In this document: positions 19,535 through 30,614 of the stretch, piece after piece
How the letters are laid out: every line of letters begins with the position of its first letter
Numbering within the stretch: the first letter of the stretch is position 1
Source: Nitrospirota bacterium
Lineage (GTDB): Bacteria; Nitrospirota; Thermodesulfovibrionia; Thermodesulfovibrionales; Dissulfurispiraceae
Assembly (NCBI GenBank): GCA_963710375.1
Contig: CAVPZX010000003.1
Location: 224,001-288,000, forward strand
Direction: 5' to 3'
Length of the DNA: 64,000 nt
The notes under the pieces: model-generated
What the model saw: the letters and a program-made list of their open reading frames with translations, nothing else
Database searches by the model: none
What the model was told of the DNA's origin: nothing
Made by a program: the position numbers and the translations under genes

Positions 19535-20403
19535 TAAAAATTACTAGGGCAGGCTGGATTTACATTGTCCTGTCCCTGTTCCTGGGTTTTTCAGCCGTCA
19601 ATACCGGCAATAATCTCGTTTACCTTATTGTGTCCGCCTTCCTCGGCTTAATGGGCGTTTCGGGTTTTTTTGGCAAAAACAATTTATCTGGATTGGATGT
19701 CTCCCTTGACCTGCCCGATGAGCTTTTCGCTGCAACCCACTTCCCTGTGAAGATCACTCTGGTCAACAACCGGAGACTGCTGCCGGCATTTTTGATCAGA
19801 GTGAGGATTAACAATAAAGAAGTGTTTTTCCCCTTTGTGCCCCCGAAGGGCGCTGATGCAAAATTTGCGGATTTTTATTTCCCCAGGAGAGGCAGCTATA
19901 ACGCGGGAAGATTATATTTATCCTCTGTATACCCGTTCAATTTCTTTAACAGATATAAAACAATACAAGAAGAATATGAGGCCATTGTGTTTCCGCAGGT
20001 CAAAAAATGTGTGATACCCGGTTTTTTTGAAAATCTGACTGCGCGCGGCGGTGACCGCGATATCAATAAATCAGGATATGATGGTGAGATGGTATCGGTA
20101 AGGACTTATATTTCAGGAGATCCTTCCAGGTATATACATTGGAAATCGAGCGCCAAGACAGGCGAACTCAAAACTAAAGAATTTTCGACGTCTTCACACC
20201 GGCCGGTCATTATCGATTTCGAGAAGGTCAACATCAGGGACAAAGAGGAGAAAATTTCATGTATAACCTACGTCATATTAAAGGCTTTCAGGAATAATAT
20301 TCCTGTCGGGCTGAAGATGAGAGACGCTTATCATAAGCCCGGATTGTCAAAGACACACAGGATAAGCATGCTGAGAGAACTTGCGTTATATGATAAGAAT
20401 TGA
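19534..20403 (+). CDS. DUF58 domain protein (start uncertain)
   Basis: RTYISGDPSRYIHWKSSAK motif. The frame stays open upstream of 19630 and encodes IKITRAGWIYIVLSLFLGFSAVNTGNNLVY. Confidence 0.85.
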   Translation: MKITRAGWIYIVLSLFLGFSAVNTGNNLVYLIVSAFLGLMGVSGFFGKNNLSGLDVSLDLPDELFAATHFPVKITLVNNRRLLPAFLIRVRINNKEVFFPFVPPKGADAKFADFYFPRRGSYNAGRLYLSSVYPFNFFNRYKTIQEEYEAIVFPQVKKCVIPGFFENLTARGGDRDINKSGYDGEMVSVRTYISGDPSRYIHWKSSAKTGELKTKEFSTSSHRPVIIDFEKVNIRDKEEKISCITYVILKAFRNNIPVGLKMRDAYHKPGLSKTHRISMLRELALYDKN

Positions 20404-22304
20404 AGATGCTTTAAAAGTGCTTACCTATCTTACCGGTGCGATCGGTTTCCTTTCGGTTGCGCCCCATCTCCCTCCGCTGTTTACGACCGGGTTTGCCTGC
20501 TTTTATTTTCTTTCGGCAATAATCGAATACAGGAATATGCGTTTTATTCCGCGCTGGGCGCTTACGATAAGCGCGGTATTGTTTATAATCATTACATTTG
20601 TTAAGTTGCGCTTGGACAATTTTGTGATCCAGTCAATCGAGGCCCTTGCGGTCCTCTTGATCATTAAATTACTCGAGGAGAAAAAGTTCAGGGACTATAT
20701 GCAGGTTTATATGCTGTCGGTATTTTTATTGGCAGGCGCAGCGCTTCTTTCACTCGATATGGCGTTTCTCGCATACTTTGCTGCGTTACCGTTACTTTCT
20801 TCCACAGCCTTAGTCCTACTGGCCTATTATTCACAGGACAGGGAACTGGAACTTGAGGCCGCTTCTGTGAGGAAGATTATTTCCAAATCCCTGCTGATAC
20901 CGCTTATCGCGGCGCCTTTGACTGTCATAATATTTATTGTCCTGCCCCGCACCAGTTATCCATTGCTCGATTTCCTCAACAAGGGCGGTGGCGCAGCCAC
21001 AATCGGCTTTACCGACCATGTGCGGCTTGGCGCGGTTTCGAGCATCCAGGAAGACACAGCAATTAGTTTCCGCGCGAGCATGGAAAAAATAAATGATGGT
21101 TTATTGTACTGGAGAGGCATTGTTCTGGATTATTTTGACGGGACCTCATGGAAGAGTTCGCAGAAAGCAAGCGGAAATGTTTCAGAATTTCCAGGATTGG
21201 CAGGCAGGCGCGTTGTTCAGACGATTTACCTTGAGCCTTACGAAAATAAATATTTTTTTGCTCTTGATAAGCCGATGAATATTTCTTTGCTGCGCATTCA
21301 GAGACAGCCTGATTTGACCTTTTCCCAGGCAGGTAATATATCCAGGCGTACTAAGTACTATGCGTGGTCAAGTCTTTCTGAAACAGTTAAGGAGAAGGAC
21401 ATTGACAGGGAGATGTACCTGCAATTGCCTGGTAAAGTGGATAAGATGCACAAGATAGCTGAGTTGGCAAGGCGTTTTGTCGTAAAGAACAATGCTGAGG
21501 CTACTGTCAGAGCGATGCTCTCTTTTTTGAAGAACGGGCATTACCGGTACGCCCTTAAGAATTTGCCTGTGACGTCTCACCCTATGGAAGATTTTCTTTT
21601 CGAGTACCGGTACGGCAACTGTGAATACTTTGCATCGGCAATGGCTGTTATGCTCAGAATGGACGGCATCCCTTCCAGGTTGGTGGGAGGCTACAGGGGC
21701 GGCTACTATAATGAAATGGGAAAGTATTATTTAGTTCCCCAAAGGAACGCCCATGTGTGGGTTGAGGCGTATATTGATAATAAAGGCTGGATCAGGGCTG
21801 ATCCTACACCCGAGGGTAGCAACACCGGTTTCAGGAAGGACCTGCTTTTCACTATAAGACTATTGCTTGACTCGTTCAATTACGCATGGAATGCTTCGGT
21901 AATTAATTATGATTTTGAGAGGCAGTCTGTCGCTCCTCAATGCACTGCGTTCAGGAATTAAAAGGCCTGTTTTACATTTTATGCCCAGGAAAGAGTATGT
22001 CATAAAGTACGTGCTTCTTATCTGTCTTGCAATCAGTGCGATATTCACTTTTTTTGTTTTCCTGGTGAGGAGAAAAACCCCGGCAGAGCATATTCTAAGG
22101 CTTTTCCTGAGAAAAGCTGGAAAACTTGGCTATGTGAAAACGAAATCCGAAGGCCTTGAGGAGTTTGTGATGAGGATCGATGATGCACTGAAAAGAGAGA
22201 GAGCCTCTGCATTTGTGAAAGAATTCGAGCGGTGTTACTACAGGGATGAACAGATTAAACCGGAAACCTCAACACGCCTCAGGCATTTGATAAAGGCTAT
22301 TTAG
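20390..22304 (+). CDS. TgpA-like membrane transglutaminase (apparent +1 frameshift at about 21926)
   Basis: TM N-terminus; GNCEYFASAM, GIPSRLVGGY, AHVWVEAY, DPTP. The ORF at 21909-22304 continues it once one base is removed. Confidence 0.88.
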
Positions 22305-23094
22305 GTTCATACTTTGCATACTGTGTTAAAGATTCCAGTCTCATCGCAATGTCGTTCACTGTGCTGTCAGAATCTTCGTAATGATCAATAAAGGCATTGT
22401 AGATTTGATGAATACATAAAAAAGATTCCACGGTTAAATCTATTCCGCAATACTTGCTGAGGCGTTCGGCCGCATATGAGTCTGCCTTTATCTCTGCTTC
22501 TAAATCAGGGAAAATACTGAATTTATAAATGTCGCGGTTTATGACATGTCCTGTTTCATGATACATTATGAATTTAAAAACAATATCAAAAACGTCTGCA
22601 TGGTATTCATATAAATATTTTAAAAATTTCGAGGAAAATCTTATCTCAGGCTCACCATCGTCATTTAGCAGCGATTCTGCTGCAAACCCCTGGTCCTCAA
22701 TTCCGTCAATAATTCTCACCGGTATTTTAAGGGCATTTGCAATACTGTACCCTACCGTATCTCCCTTTATCTGAGGGAAGTCTGTTAATCTCGATAAGAG
22801 CGTCAGGTTCAACAGTTCCTCTTTATAAGGGGCATAACTTAAATCCTGATGAAAGCTGTCGCGGACTTTCCCTACCCATTCTTCCTCTGTTATATGACCG
22901 TCAATTTTCACGTCCCCGTTATTTTCCGCTTCGCATGCAGCGCATTTTCCCATTACGACAAAGAAAACGCATAAGACTACCTTTATATACTTGTTCGTAT
23001 TCAATGAGTGTCTTGTGATAAATACTTTCTTGTCAGTATCAGAATAAGTTGCCATGATTTGGTTTGCTATCCCGAGATTAACGGCGAGTAACAT
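22297..23094 (-). CDS. Hypothetical HExxH zinc-metallopeptidase-like protein
   Basis: MYHETGH...EIKADSYA; AAGGAGG RBS before the ATG at 23094; AT-rich. Confidence 0.65.
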   Translation of the reverse strand: MLLAVNLGIANQIMATYSDTDKKVFITRHSLNTNKYIKVVLCVFFVVMGKCAACEAENNGDVKIDGHITEEEWVGKVRDSFHQDLSYAPYKEELLNLTLLSRLTDFPQIKGDTVGYSIANALKIPVRIIDGIEDQGFAAESLLNDDGEPEIRFSSKFLKYLYEYHADVFDIVFKFIMYHETGHVINRDIYKFSIFPDLEAEIKADSYAAERLSKYCGIDLTVESFLCIHQIYNAFIDHYEDSDSTVNDIAMRLESLTQYAKYEPK

Positions 23095-23159
23095 TTCGTC
23101 CTCCTTTAAGGCAGCTATTTGCAACTGCCTGTCACTAAGAACTTTCTTATTCTTTATTT

Positions 23160-23175
23160 AGCAAGGACTGTGCCA
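23160..23175 (-). promoter_or_regulatory. Sigma54 promoter
   Basis: Consensus TGGCAC-AGTCC-TTGCT on the minus strand, 65 nt upstream of the HExxH gene. Confidence 0.75.
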
Positions 23176-23379
23176 GAGGATGCAATTTCTTACCTTCTTG
23201 ATTTGTCGAGATTTATGAGGGATGTTAAGCTGGATTAATTCCAATGTCTAGGTAAAAATTACATAATTTTAGATAAGCAACTAAGGGAAATGCTATACTA
23301 ACGTTCAACTCAGATCGTCTTTATGCAGCGCCTGGGTAGTTATTTTAGCTTGACATTAATGTAGTAAAAGGAGTGATCA

Positions 23380-24975
23380 GTGATTGAAAAGACGGTGAGG
23401 TCTGCAAGGTGCAAGTCGCCTTCAGTCGCATCTGTAAATCCTTCGGATCAGAAATCTGCAACAAAGAGCTCAGCATCTCTGCGGAGTATCTTTCTTGTTT
23501 ATGTAAGGGATGAGGCATATTTCCGTCTGCTGGACGAATATCCAGGTGCAAACGCACGGATCAAGGTGGCGGCTTTCCCCCCCCTGGGTATTCAGACCCT
23601 CGCTCCTGTTTTACGTCGCGGCGGACACAGGGTAAGGATGTTCGATACCTGTCATCCCGATATGCGCGCACAACATATCGTGGCCGCAATTCAAGAAGAT
23701 AGGCCTGATGCCGTGGCCCTTTCATTTCTGTCGGTAACCGCATACCCAGCCATGAAGAAGCTTGCCGAGAGGCTGAAGTCCTCATCGCCATTGGTAAAGA
23801 TCATCGCCGGCGGCGTGTTCGCATCCATGAACGCCGACCGCATTGTTGAAGAATGCCAGTATATTGATTGTGTTGGTGTTGGAGAGGGGGAGGAACTGCT
23901 TCAGGAATATCTGGCCAATCTCGACAATCCCGGCGCGGTCGACGGTCTTGTTTGGCGCGATGGCGGCGAGGTTGTGCGCAATAAGCCACGCCCCCTGATT
24001 GCGGACCTTGACCAATACCCCTATCCCGACCGTACCAGCCTGCCAATTGATTACATAGAATCATTGCCTCTGGACGTACCGGCCATACTCTCTTACGACA
24101 AATTCTGCACCATACAGACATCAAGAGGCTGCCCATACAAGTGCATATACTGCGATATACCGAACATCTCGCAAGGCAGATGGCGCTACCGTTCCGCGGC
24201 ACACGTTCTTGGAGAGATGCAGCAACTGCATGATGAAGGCTATCGTTCTCTTTATCTTACCGATGACCACTTTCTTATGAACAGCAGGCGCATAAATGCT
24301 ATATGTACCGGTATTATTGAACGCAAGCTCGCGTTCAGATGGGGATGCGAAGGCCGTGTGGACTCTGTGGCCGTCGAGCAGATGCCGATTATGGGCAGGG
24401 CAAACTGCGACATGCTCGCATTCGGGATTGAGTCTGGGACCCAAAAGGTCCTTAACAGGCTGGGCAAAGGACAGACGATTAAACAGATAGAGCATGCGAT
24501 CAGACAAGCCAAGAAACATGGCATCAATAGGGTGCATGGTTTTTTTGTGATAGGCTCGCCGAAAGAGACAGCGGACGACATCATCAAAACATTCGACTTT
24601 GCCGCCCGGCTGCAAATAGACACCTTCGGGTTCAACAGGCTGAGCGTATACAGGGGAACGCCGTTGTGGCGCGAGTATGTTGACCGCGGCATTATTGACG
24701 ATAAAGTTGACTGGTATAAGTCTTTTAAATGCGCCGACATTGATCCCGATGTCCTGCCTAATAAGATTGTCAACAGTCTTCGAATGAAAGGTTACACAAG
24801 GCTGCTGGCGTACCGCGCCATCTTGCGCCCGTTAAAGACATGGAAGCTGCTGAGGACATTCAGCAGGCATATGAAAAAATCGGACATTTTAAAGCTGGTC
24901 CTCAGTCCCTTCTATTGGAAGAAGGCGGTGGTCAAGCCCGAATTGCCGGCGAGTTTTACGAGCGCAGTGGAATGA
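23380..24975 (+). CDS. B12-binding radical SAM protein
   Basis: PPLGIQTL N-terminal cobalamin-binding domain; TSRGCPYKCIYC (CxxxCxxC); GIESG. Start uncertain. Confidence 0.9.
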   Translation: MIEKTVRSARCKSPSVASVNPSDQKSATKSSASLRSIFLVYVRDEAYFRLLDEYPGANARIKVAAFPPLGIQTLAPVLRRGGHRVRMFDTCHPDMRAQHIVAAIQEDRPDAVALSFLSVTAYPAMKKLAERLKSSSPLVKIIAGGVFASMNADRIVEECQYIDCVGVGEGEELLQEYLANLDNPGAVDGLVWRDGGEVVRNKPRPLIADLDQYPYPDRTSLPIDYIESLPLDVPAILSYDKFCTIQTSRGCPYKCIYCDIPNISQGRWRYRSAAHVLGEMQQLHDEGYRSLYLTDDHFLMNSRRINAICTGIIERKLAFRWGCEGRVDSVAVEQMPIMGRANCDMLAFGIESGTQKVLNRLGKGQTIKQIEHAIRQAKKHGINRVHGFFVIGSPKETADDIIKTFDFAARLQIDTFGFNRLSVYRGTPLWREYVDRGIIDDKVDWYKSFKCADIDPDVLPNKIVNSLRMKGYTRLLAYRAILRPLKTWKLLRTFSRHMKKSDILKLVLSPFYWKKAVVKPELPASFTSAVE

Positions 24976-25005
24976 GTTAAAGGTGACGGTTTCTTCCTTC
25001 ATAAT

Positions 25006-25458
25006 TTAATTAAAATCGGAAGTCCGACCACGTTTAATTTTACCCCTCTTGGCCAGAAAGTAGAAGAAGATCAATGCAGCCTCATAAACACTTAGCGCCA
25101 GTACCTCTTTCCGGAACACCGATGGATTATTGTCCCGAGACAGCGCCTGGAAATCGGTGACGCTGTTTATGATGTTTAACCCGGCTATAGCGGCGAAACC
25201 GGCTATAAGGATTGCCTTGACCGCGTCGCGGTTCCTGGCCGGATCAATAGAGGCCATAAAAAGAAAGACCGACCAGCCGAACGACAGAAAAGAAATGATC
25301 CTGTCCTGGTAACCATAGGATGGCAAGTCGTAATATATAAATAACATCGGGATCTTAATCCTGAGCATATGTACTATTGCGACCGCCAGGAAATAGACCG
25401 CTCCGGCCAATAATAACCATTTAAGTATCGCAGTGCTCTTATTCATGTTTCTTTCCAT
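25006..25458 (-). CDS. Hypothetical membrane protein
   Basis: About four hydrophobic segments. Confidence 0.65.
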   Translation of the reverse strand: MERNMNKSTAILKWLLLAGAVYFLAVAIVHMLRIKIPMLFIYYDLPSYGYQDRIISFLSFGWSVFLFMASIDPARNRDAVKAILIAGFAAIAGLNIINSVTDFQALSRDNNPSVFRKEVLALSVYEAALIFFYFLAKRGKIKRGRTSDFN

Positions 25459-25524
25459 CCGGACTATGCACGATTATAGCATGGCCTACAGGTGCATTGA
25501 TTTGAGGAAGGAATAATTTGGCAC

Positions 25525-25553
25525 AAAAAAAAGACTGCCCATAAGGGCAGTCT
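25525..25553 (-). terminator. Intrinsic terminator after the cupin gene
   Basis: AGACTGCCC-TTAT-GGGCAGTCT followed by a T run on the minus strand. Confidence 0.75.
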
Positions 25554-25611
25554 GCATCTACATTTAAAAAATATGGCTACTTTTTTCAGTCTGTTGAAGA
25601 ATGCTCATTTG

Positions 25612-26004
25612 TCATAAATGATGCTCCGCCTCTTCTGCCGCATCTGCTTCGGCCTTGGTCTTGTGCACGGTTTTATCCGGGTGGTTCGGCGGAGAGTAGA
25701 CCGTATATAGCTTCATCTGTGCCCGCTTTGATGTGTTGATTACATTATGGTAAGTCCCCGCCGGGATTACGACTGCATCCCCATCGTGTGCCAGGTATTC
25801 CTCTTTCCCGTTCAAGATAAACTTGGCCTCTCCCTTCTCGATACGAAAGAACTGATCGACATGATGGTGCACCTCGTTGCCGATCTCCTCGCCTGGCCGC
25901 AGGCACATAACGACGAGCTGCGCATGCTTGCCGGTGAATAACACCTGTCGGAAGTAGGTGTTTTTCAGGGTCTGTTTTTCAATCGGTCCAAAATATCCGG
26001 TCAT
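25612..26004 (-). CDS. Cupin domain protein
   Basis: GEEIGNEVH..VDQFFRIE.G...IPAGTYHNVIN...LYTVYSPPNH. Confidence 0.88.
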   Translation of the reverse strand: MTGYFGPIEKQTLKNTYFRQVLFTGKHAQLVVMCLRPGEEIGNEVHHHVDQFFRIEKGEAKFILNGKEEYLAHDGDAVVIPAGTYHNVINTSKRAQMKLYTVYSPPNHPDKTVHKTKAEADAAEEAEHHL

Positions 26005-26020
26005 TGTTCTGTCCTCCTTT

Positions 26021-27556
26021 TCAGTTTTGATATTCAGGTTTGGTCGCCCAGGCTATTATCGCATCTACCATCGCCTTAATGGTAGCTTCTTTTGGAACAA
26101 TGGTGACTTTCAGGCCTGCCTTTTTTATGGCCTGTTCGGTGACCGGTCCTATAGCTGCTATTGCCGCCGGATTCAGGAGACCCATCGCTTCGTCTCCGAT
26201 CATATCAATGAAATTAGTGAATGTGGCTGCACTGGTAAAGGTGGCGACAGATATACGCCCCTCTTGCAGAAATCGTTTAAGTCTTTTGCCGTGCTTTTCA
26301 GGCTTGATAGTACGGTAGGCCACCGGCGTGTCTATCTCGCCGCCTAATTCCCGTACTTTTTGAGGAAAGACCTCTCTGGCTACTTCTGCCCGTGGCAACA
26401 GAAACTTCAACCCCTTAAGGCTGCCGCCTGGTGATTGGCGGATGAAGATGCTGATCAGTCCCTCCGCATTGAATTCTTCAGGTATAACATCAACCTTTAA
26501 CCCATAACTCCCTATCTCTCCTGCTGTTTTGGCGCCTATAGCGCACAATTTTATCCCCTTAAGATCTCGTATGTCCATGTCTTTGGCAAGAAAGCGCTGA
26601 ATAAAAAATTTGAATCCGTTCGCGCTGGTAAAGATGAGCCAATTATAGGAGACTATAGCATCTATTGCGGCATCCAGCGAATCAAAGTTTTCAGGTGGGA
26701 CCGTTTTTATGGTCGGAAATTCAAAAATTTCGGCCCCTAGTTCTTCCAGAGCTGCGTAATCCTGTGTATATTCCCTTGTTATAAGGATTCTGTGGCCAAA
26801 GAGCGGTTTTTTTTCGTACCATTTGAGCTTATCTCTCAGTTTGACCACGTTGCCGACAACCATCACCGCAGGAGGACGTATGCGTTCTTCCTTTACCTGT
26901 CCTGATATATCGCCCAGTGTGCCGACAACGGTCTTCTGATCAGGTCTGGTTCCCCAGCGCACCACTGCTGCCGGGGTGTCAGGGGGCTTTCCATTGTCGA
27001 TAAGTTTCCGGGATATGTTCTCTATGTTTTTCACTCCCATAAGAAAAACAAGTGTATCAAAACCTGAAACGAGTTCTGCCCACTTAATAGTACTTTCAGG
27101 TTTGTTTATGTCTTCATTCCCTGTTATAACAGAAAATGAAGATGAATACTTCCTGTGGGTGAGTGGAATCCCTGCGTAGGCCGGAGCTGCAATGGAAGAA
27201 CTGATGCCGGGTATCACTTCGAAATCGATCCCTGCTGCCACAAGCGCTTCAGCTTCTTCTCCCCCGCGGCCGAAGATGAAGGGATCGCCCCCTTTTAATC
27301 TGCATACAAGTTTGCCTTTTTTAGCTTCACTGATCAGCGCCTGATTTATCTGGTCCTGTGTCATCTCATGATGCCCGCCGCGCTTGCCGGCATAGATAAA
27401 TTCAGCGTCATGATCAATATAATTCAGGATCTGCGCATTAAGATGAAAGTCGTAGACGACGGTTTCGGCTTTCTGGAGGCATCGCATCCCCTTTACGGTC
27501 AAAAGGCCGATATCTCCGGGTCCTGCTCCGATAAGGTAAACCTTTCCCTGTTTCAT
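26021..27556 (-). CDS. cobA: Fused uroporphyrinogen-III C-methyltransferase / uroporphyrinogen-III synthase (CobA-HemD)
   Basis: LIGAGPGD, RLKGGDPFIFGRGGEE; C-terminal FTSANG and AIGPVT HemD motifs. Confidence 0.93.
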   Translation of the reverse strand: MKQGKVYLIGAGPGDIGLLTVKGMRCLQKAETVVYDFHLNAQILNYIDHDAEFIYAGKRGGHHEMTQDQINQALISEAKKGKLVCRLKGGDPFIFGRGGEEAEALVAAGIDFEVIPGISSSIAAPAYAGIPLTHRKYSSSFSVITGNEDINKPESTIKWAELVSGFDTLVFLMGVKNIENISRKLIDNGKPPDTPAAVVRWGTRPDQKTVVGTLGDISGQVKEERIRPPAVMVVGNVVKLRDKLKWYEKKPLFGHRILITREYTQDYAALEELGAEIFEFPTIKTVPPENFDSLDAAIDAIVSYNWLIFTSANGFKFFIQRFLAKDMDIRDLKGIKLCAIGAKTAGEIGSYGLKVDVIPEEFNAEGLISIFIRQSPGGSLKGLKFLLPRAEVAREVFPQKVRELGGEIDTPVAYRTIKPEKHGKRLKRFLQEGRISVATFTSAATFTNFIDMIGDEAMGLLNPAAIAAIGPVTEQAIKKAGLKVTIVPKEATIKAMVDAIIAWATKPEYQN

Positions 27557-28549
27557 TCAGCTGCTTATTTCGCCGTCAACCGGCGGGATAAGCCTTCCGT
27601 ACACTTCATCCAGGATTTCTTTTGCGCCCATGGCGAGAAGATTTTCCGCCAGGCGCAGACCGAGGGATTCTGCATTATCAGGGTTGCCTTCGATGCTGCT
27701 TTTTACGATCCTGTCACCGGTCACGCTTCCAACGAGTCCGTCGATCGTGATAATGCCGTTAAGCAGCCTTGCATGAGCGGCGATCGGGACCTGACATCCG
27801 CCTTCGAGACGTTCCAGGACAGACCTCTCAGCCCTCACGCAAATGGAGGTTTCAGAGTGGTTGAGCTCACTGATAAGTGAATTGATAACCTTGTCATCAA
27901 TCCTGGTTTCAATGCCGACAGCGCCCTGGCCAATGGCAGGCAGACTTATTTCCGGCGGGAGTATTTCGGTAATCCGGTCTTGCCATCCGAGCCTCTTAAC
28001 TCCAGCGACAGCCAGGATTATGGCATCAAACAGGCCTTCATCGAGCTTCCTGAGGCGTGTATTGAGATTGCCTCTCAATTGTTCGATCTTCAAGTCAGGT
28101 CTTTTATTGAGAAGTTGGCTGGAGCGGCGCAGGCTGCTCGTCCCTATCCTCGCGCCCCGGGGCAGGTCATTAAAACTCTTTACCCTGAACTGTCCGTCCT
28201 TGATCGCCGATATAAAAGCGTCACGCGGGTCCTCGCGCTCGCAAATGACCGCAAGATGAAGTCCAGGGGGAAACTCCGTCGGCACATCTTTCATGCTGTG
28301 GACAGCGATATCAGCCCTCCCTTCCAGAAGCGCTTCCTCTATTTCCTTGACGAAGAGACCTTTGCCGCCCACTTTTGCGAGAGGCACATCGAGAATTTTA
28401 TCGCCGGTGGTCTTGATCTTGTTGAGTTCTATCTGCACGCCGGAGGAAAGTTTTTCGAGGCTGGCCTTCACCCATTCCGCCTGCCACAAGGCAAGCGCGC
28501 TGCCGCGTGTGCCGATTATGATTTTAGTCTTCAACGTTATCCCCGTCAA
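27557..28549 (-). CDS. hemC: Hydroxymethylbilane synthase
   Basis: [42 protein letters not shown]. Confidence 0.96.
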   Translation of the reverse strand: MTGITLKTKIIIGTRGSALALWQAEWVKASLEKLSSGVQIELNKIKTTGDKILDVPLAKVGGKGLFVKEIEEALLEGRADIAVHSMKDVPTEFPPGLHLAVICEREDPRDAFISAIKDGQFRVKSFNDLPRGARIGTSSLRRSSQLLNKRPDLKIEQLRGNLNTRLRKLDEGLFDAIILAVAGVKRLGWQDRITEILPPEISLPAIGQGAVGIETRIDDKVINSLISELNHSETSICVRAERSVLERLEGGCQVPIAAHARLLNGIITIDGLVGSVTGDRIVKSSIEGNPDNAESLGLRLAENLLAMGAKEILDEVYGRLIPPVDGEISS

Positions 28550-29799
28550 TACCGTACAGTTTCTTTATCATTGCAGTGAGTTCATCCTTATCCTCGGCAT
28601 CTTCCTTAAGCGCACAAGTCGGTGGATGGATCAGCTTCTTTACAATTGCCGTTGCAAGGTATTCCACCGCCTTTAAACGGTCTTCACTCATATCGGGGAA
28701 TTTCCCCTTGAATTTTTCGAGCTCTTCATTTTTTATTCCTTCAGCCTTCCGGTGCAGTGCTACAATGGTCGGGACCGTATCCAGCGAGGACATCCATTTA
28801 ATGAACTTCTCAACCTCATCATTTATGATCTCTTCAGCTTTTTCCGCTTCTTTTTTTCTTTCAAGAATATTGGAGTCGATCACTTCCTGCATGTCATCGA
28901 CATCGTAAAGGTACACATTTTCTATCTTGTTTATTTCAGGGTCAATATTCCTCGGCACCGATATGTCGATAATAAAGACCGGCCGGTGTTTTCTCTCCTT
29001 CATCACTTTGTTCATTTGCTCTTTGACAAGTATATAAGTCGGGGCGCCGGTAGAGCAGATAATAATGTCCATATGCGAAAGTTCGTGCAAAAAGTCCTCG
29101 AAACGCACCGCCCTGCCGTTGAATCCGCCTGCCAGTTCACACCCCCGTTCGTAGGTCCGGTTGACAACCGCGACTTCTTTGACACCGTTGTTTACGAGGT
29201 GGCGCGCGGCCAACTCAGCCATTTCTCCGGCGCCAAGCAGCATAAATGATTTGCCGGAGAGATCGGTAAATATTTTTTTTGCGAGTTCAACTGCAGCAAA
29301 GCTGATCGAAACTGCGTTTTCAGCTATTTTTGTTTCCGTTCGCACCCGCTTGGCTGTTGAGATGGCTTTCTTGAACAGCTTATTGAGAAGTATCCCGGTT
29401 GATTTTTTGCTCAAAGCAAACGCAAACACGTCTTTGAGCTGACCCAGTATCTGCGGCTCCCCAAGCACCATCGAATCGAGACTCGAAGCAACCCGGAGGA
29501 CGTGTCTGATTGCATCCGATTCCGTGTGCGCGTACAGGGACCCCTCAAAATCCTTAATCATTATATTGTGAAAGGAAGCGAGGAAATTTTTTATACTTTC
29601 GACCGCAGACTGCGGTATCGCTCACGCAGGTATATATCTCGACCCTGTTGCATGTGGAGAGCAGCGCGACCTCTTTGACCTCAGGGATTTTACGGAGGCC
29701 GGACACGCCTTCTTCAAGCTTGGCGCCTGTGAAAGCGAGCTTTTCCCTCACTTCAACGTCGGCGGTTTTGTGATTTAACCCTACTACAAGTACTTTCAT
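28524..29799 (-). CDS. hemA: Glutamyl-tRNA reductase (apparent +1 frameshift at about 29609)
   Basis: [21 protein letters not shown] in one frame; [15 protein letters not shown] and GAGEMA in the next. Confidence 0.93.
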
Positions 29800-30614
29800 G
29801 AGAATGAATGCAGGCTCTTCATAGAGAGGAAATTTACCCCGAAGAAAGTGAATAGGACGATAAGGAAACCGATAATCGAGAGAATGGCGGCCCTCTTTCC
29901 TCTCCATCCTGCTGTAAGCCTGATATGCAGGATCAGGGCATAAATAAACCATGTTATAAGCGACCACACTTCTTTAGGGTCCCAGCGCCAATAACTTCCC
30001 CAGGCGCTTTCAGCCCATAATGCGCCGCTGATTATGGCGAGAGTCAAAAGAGGAAAGCCCAGGGTAATCAATTTGTAGTTTATTTCGTCGAGCACCTGTA
30101 TGCTCGGCAATCTTTTGAAAAGGCCGTGTGTATGTTTAGATTTCAGGTAGTGTTCCTGCAGCAGGTACATTATGCCGATACCGAAGGCAACTGCAAACGC
30201 GGCATTGCCGAGAAAGGCCAGGAAGGTATGTATGCCCAGCCAGTAGCTTTGCAGCACCGGGCTGAGCGGATGTATCGCTTGTGGAAGCACAGATGAGGAA
30301 AGCATCAATAAAAAAACAATGGGGAGAATAAAGCTGCCTATGATTCCTATCTTGTAGCGGTATTCCAGGAAAAAGAATATGAGTACTATGCACCAGGCAA
30401 AGAAGGACGCAGCTTCGTGCATGCTTGTGATCGGCAGATGCCCGGCAGCGATGTAGCGGTAGACAATGCTTGCCGAATGCAGGAGGAAGCCGGCGCCGGT
30501 GACAATCAGCATCAGTTTAGATGATCCCTTGCTTCCCCTGAAAAGCTCGATAATGACTATAATGGTTACCGCGAGATAACAGGTGAGGGCCAGTTCAAAA
30601 AGTGCGGTCCCCAT
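29796..30614 (-). CDS. ccsA: Cytochrome c assembly protein, CcsA/ResC family
   Basis: WWD domain SGALWAESAWGSYWRWDPKEVWS; multiple TM segments. Confidence 0.92.
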   Translation of the reverse strand: MGTALFELALTCYLAVTIIVIIELFRGSKGSSKLMLIVTGAGFLLHSASIVYRYIAAGHLPITSMHEAASFFAWCIVLIFFFLEYRYKIGIIGSFILPIVFLLMLSSSVLPQAIHPLSPVLQSYWLGIHTFLAFLGNAAFAVAFGIGIMYLLQEHYLKSKHTHGLFKRLPSIQVLDEINYKLITLGFPLLTLAIISGALWAESAWGSYWRWDPKEVWSLITWFIYALILHIRLTAGWRGKRAAILSIIGFLIVLFTFFGVNFLSMKSLHSFS

